Shown: positions 63,180-64,000 of the stretch, one piece after another | Numbering within the stretch: position 1 is the first letter of the stretch | Layout: each line of letters starts with the position of its first letter | Source: Botryllus schlosseri | Taxonomy: Eukaryota | Direction of reading: 5' to 3' | NCBI GenBank assembly: GCA_051294905.1 | Contig: CM119373.1 | Coordinates: 32,612,001-32,676,000 of the forward strand | Length of the DNA stretch: 64,000 nucleotides | Program-made: the position numbers and the translations under genes | The notes under the pieces: generated by a model | Told to the model about the DNA's origin: nothing | The model's database searches: none | What the model saw: the letters and a program-made list of their open reading frames with translations, nothing else

Positions 63180-63850
63180 TAAGGGTGTGAAATAGTTTGC
63201 TAAATCTAGCAATCACTTGCAAGGTAATATTTTGGTAATTAGTTTACCACAGAGCCGGCGTAGACGGCGATTCGAATACCAACAATAGCCGCGTTCACAT
63301 ACTATCACTTCAAAAAGGTGTGAAATATTTGTATAATCCTACGAGCGCTGACATGATAACACATCAGACATAGCCGTCTCTCGTGGTTCGGTGTTACAGA
63401 GGTAGGAATCACGCACAAGTAATATTTTTGTAATTAGTTCGTCTCAGAACTGGCGTAGACGGTGATTCCAATACCAACAATATAGCCGCGTTCACAAACT
63501 AACACTTCAAAAAGGTGTGAAATAGGTTGCAAATCCCGCGATCGCTGACAAGATCACACCTCAGACATAGCAATCACTCGCGATTTTCTGTTACATACAT
63601 ACCGATCGCCAACAATGTAATATTTTGGTAATCAGTATGTCACAGAACTGGATTTTGCCGGTAAGATTTAATAAGTAACGCATAACATACCGTCGCAGAC
63701 GGTGATTCGAATACCGACAAATTATCACTTATTTCTGATCCAACCCTAATCCTTTGCGAAGTTAACGCTTATTCGAAAAGGTGTGAAATAATTGTAAAAC
63801 CCTACGGTCGCTGACAGGATAATGCATCAGACATAACGAGCCAGTTATTT
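63180..63850. repeat. Diverged ~200-265 bp tandem repeat, 3-4 copies
   Basis: aaggtgtgaaat recurs at ~63181, 63311, 63508 and 63774; gtaatatttt...gtagacgg.gattc.aatacc and cagacata also recur. Confidence 0.8.
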
Positions 63851-64000
63851 TTGGGCGTCGGAATCCATTCGCGAGATGTACTATGGATAAATTGAGATAA
63901 ATCGAAATGAATTATTTTGACTTTGGCATAGTATGAATTGAAATAGGTTTGACAAACATGACTACCAACTTTGACCCAGTCACATTTCAAGATTACACTT

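Overview
AT-rich animal genomic DNA, not prokaryotic. The 56-153 nt GT-AG introns and dense hAT-MITE content suggest an invertebrate, possibly a tunicate, but the species cannot be established from sequence alone. The whole window lies inside one very large + strand gene whose start and end fall outside it. A C-type lectin exon with QPD/WND motifs (1850-1974) is followed by two different tandem arrays of phase 1-1 calcium-binding EGF exons. Array 1 (12117-27909) has 56 single-EGF exons at a ~203 bp period, 55 of them intact. Arrays 2/3 (38829-59407) have 13 double-EGF and 12 single-EGF exons. Together that is about 92 intact cbEGF modules, roughly 3,900 aa if all are spliced in. The arrays show higher-order repeats, chimeric exons, a 3.2 kb tandem duplication carrying a hAT element, and three dead exons at array edges. 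The large introns are packed with transposons. These include a 9.9 kb CACTG/EnSpm (CMC) element with TIRs, a 2 bp TSD, an open transposase ORF, an intact 9-exon partner gene and a third divergent ORF. There are also many hAT MITEs with 8 bp TSDs, a TA-flanked Tc1/mariner-type MITE, a 6.1 kb element with ~65 bp TIRs, two Gypsy remnants, a tRNA-derived SINE and an I-clade-like LINE remnant. All coordinates and counts were read by hand, and no database searches were run.
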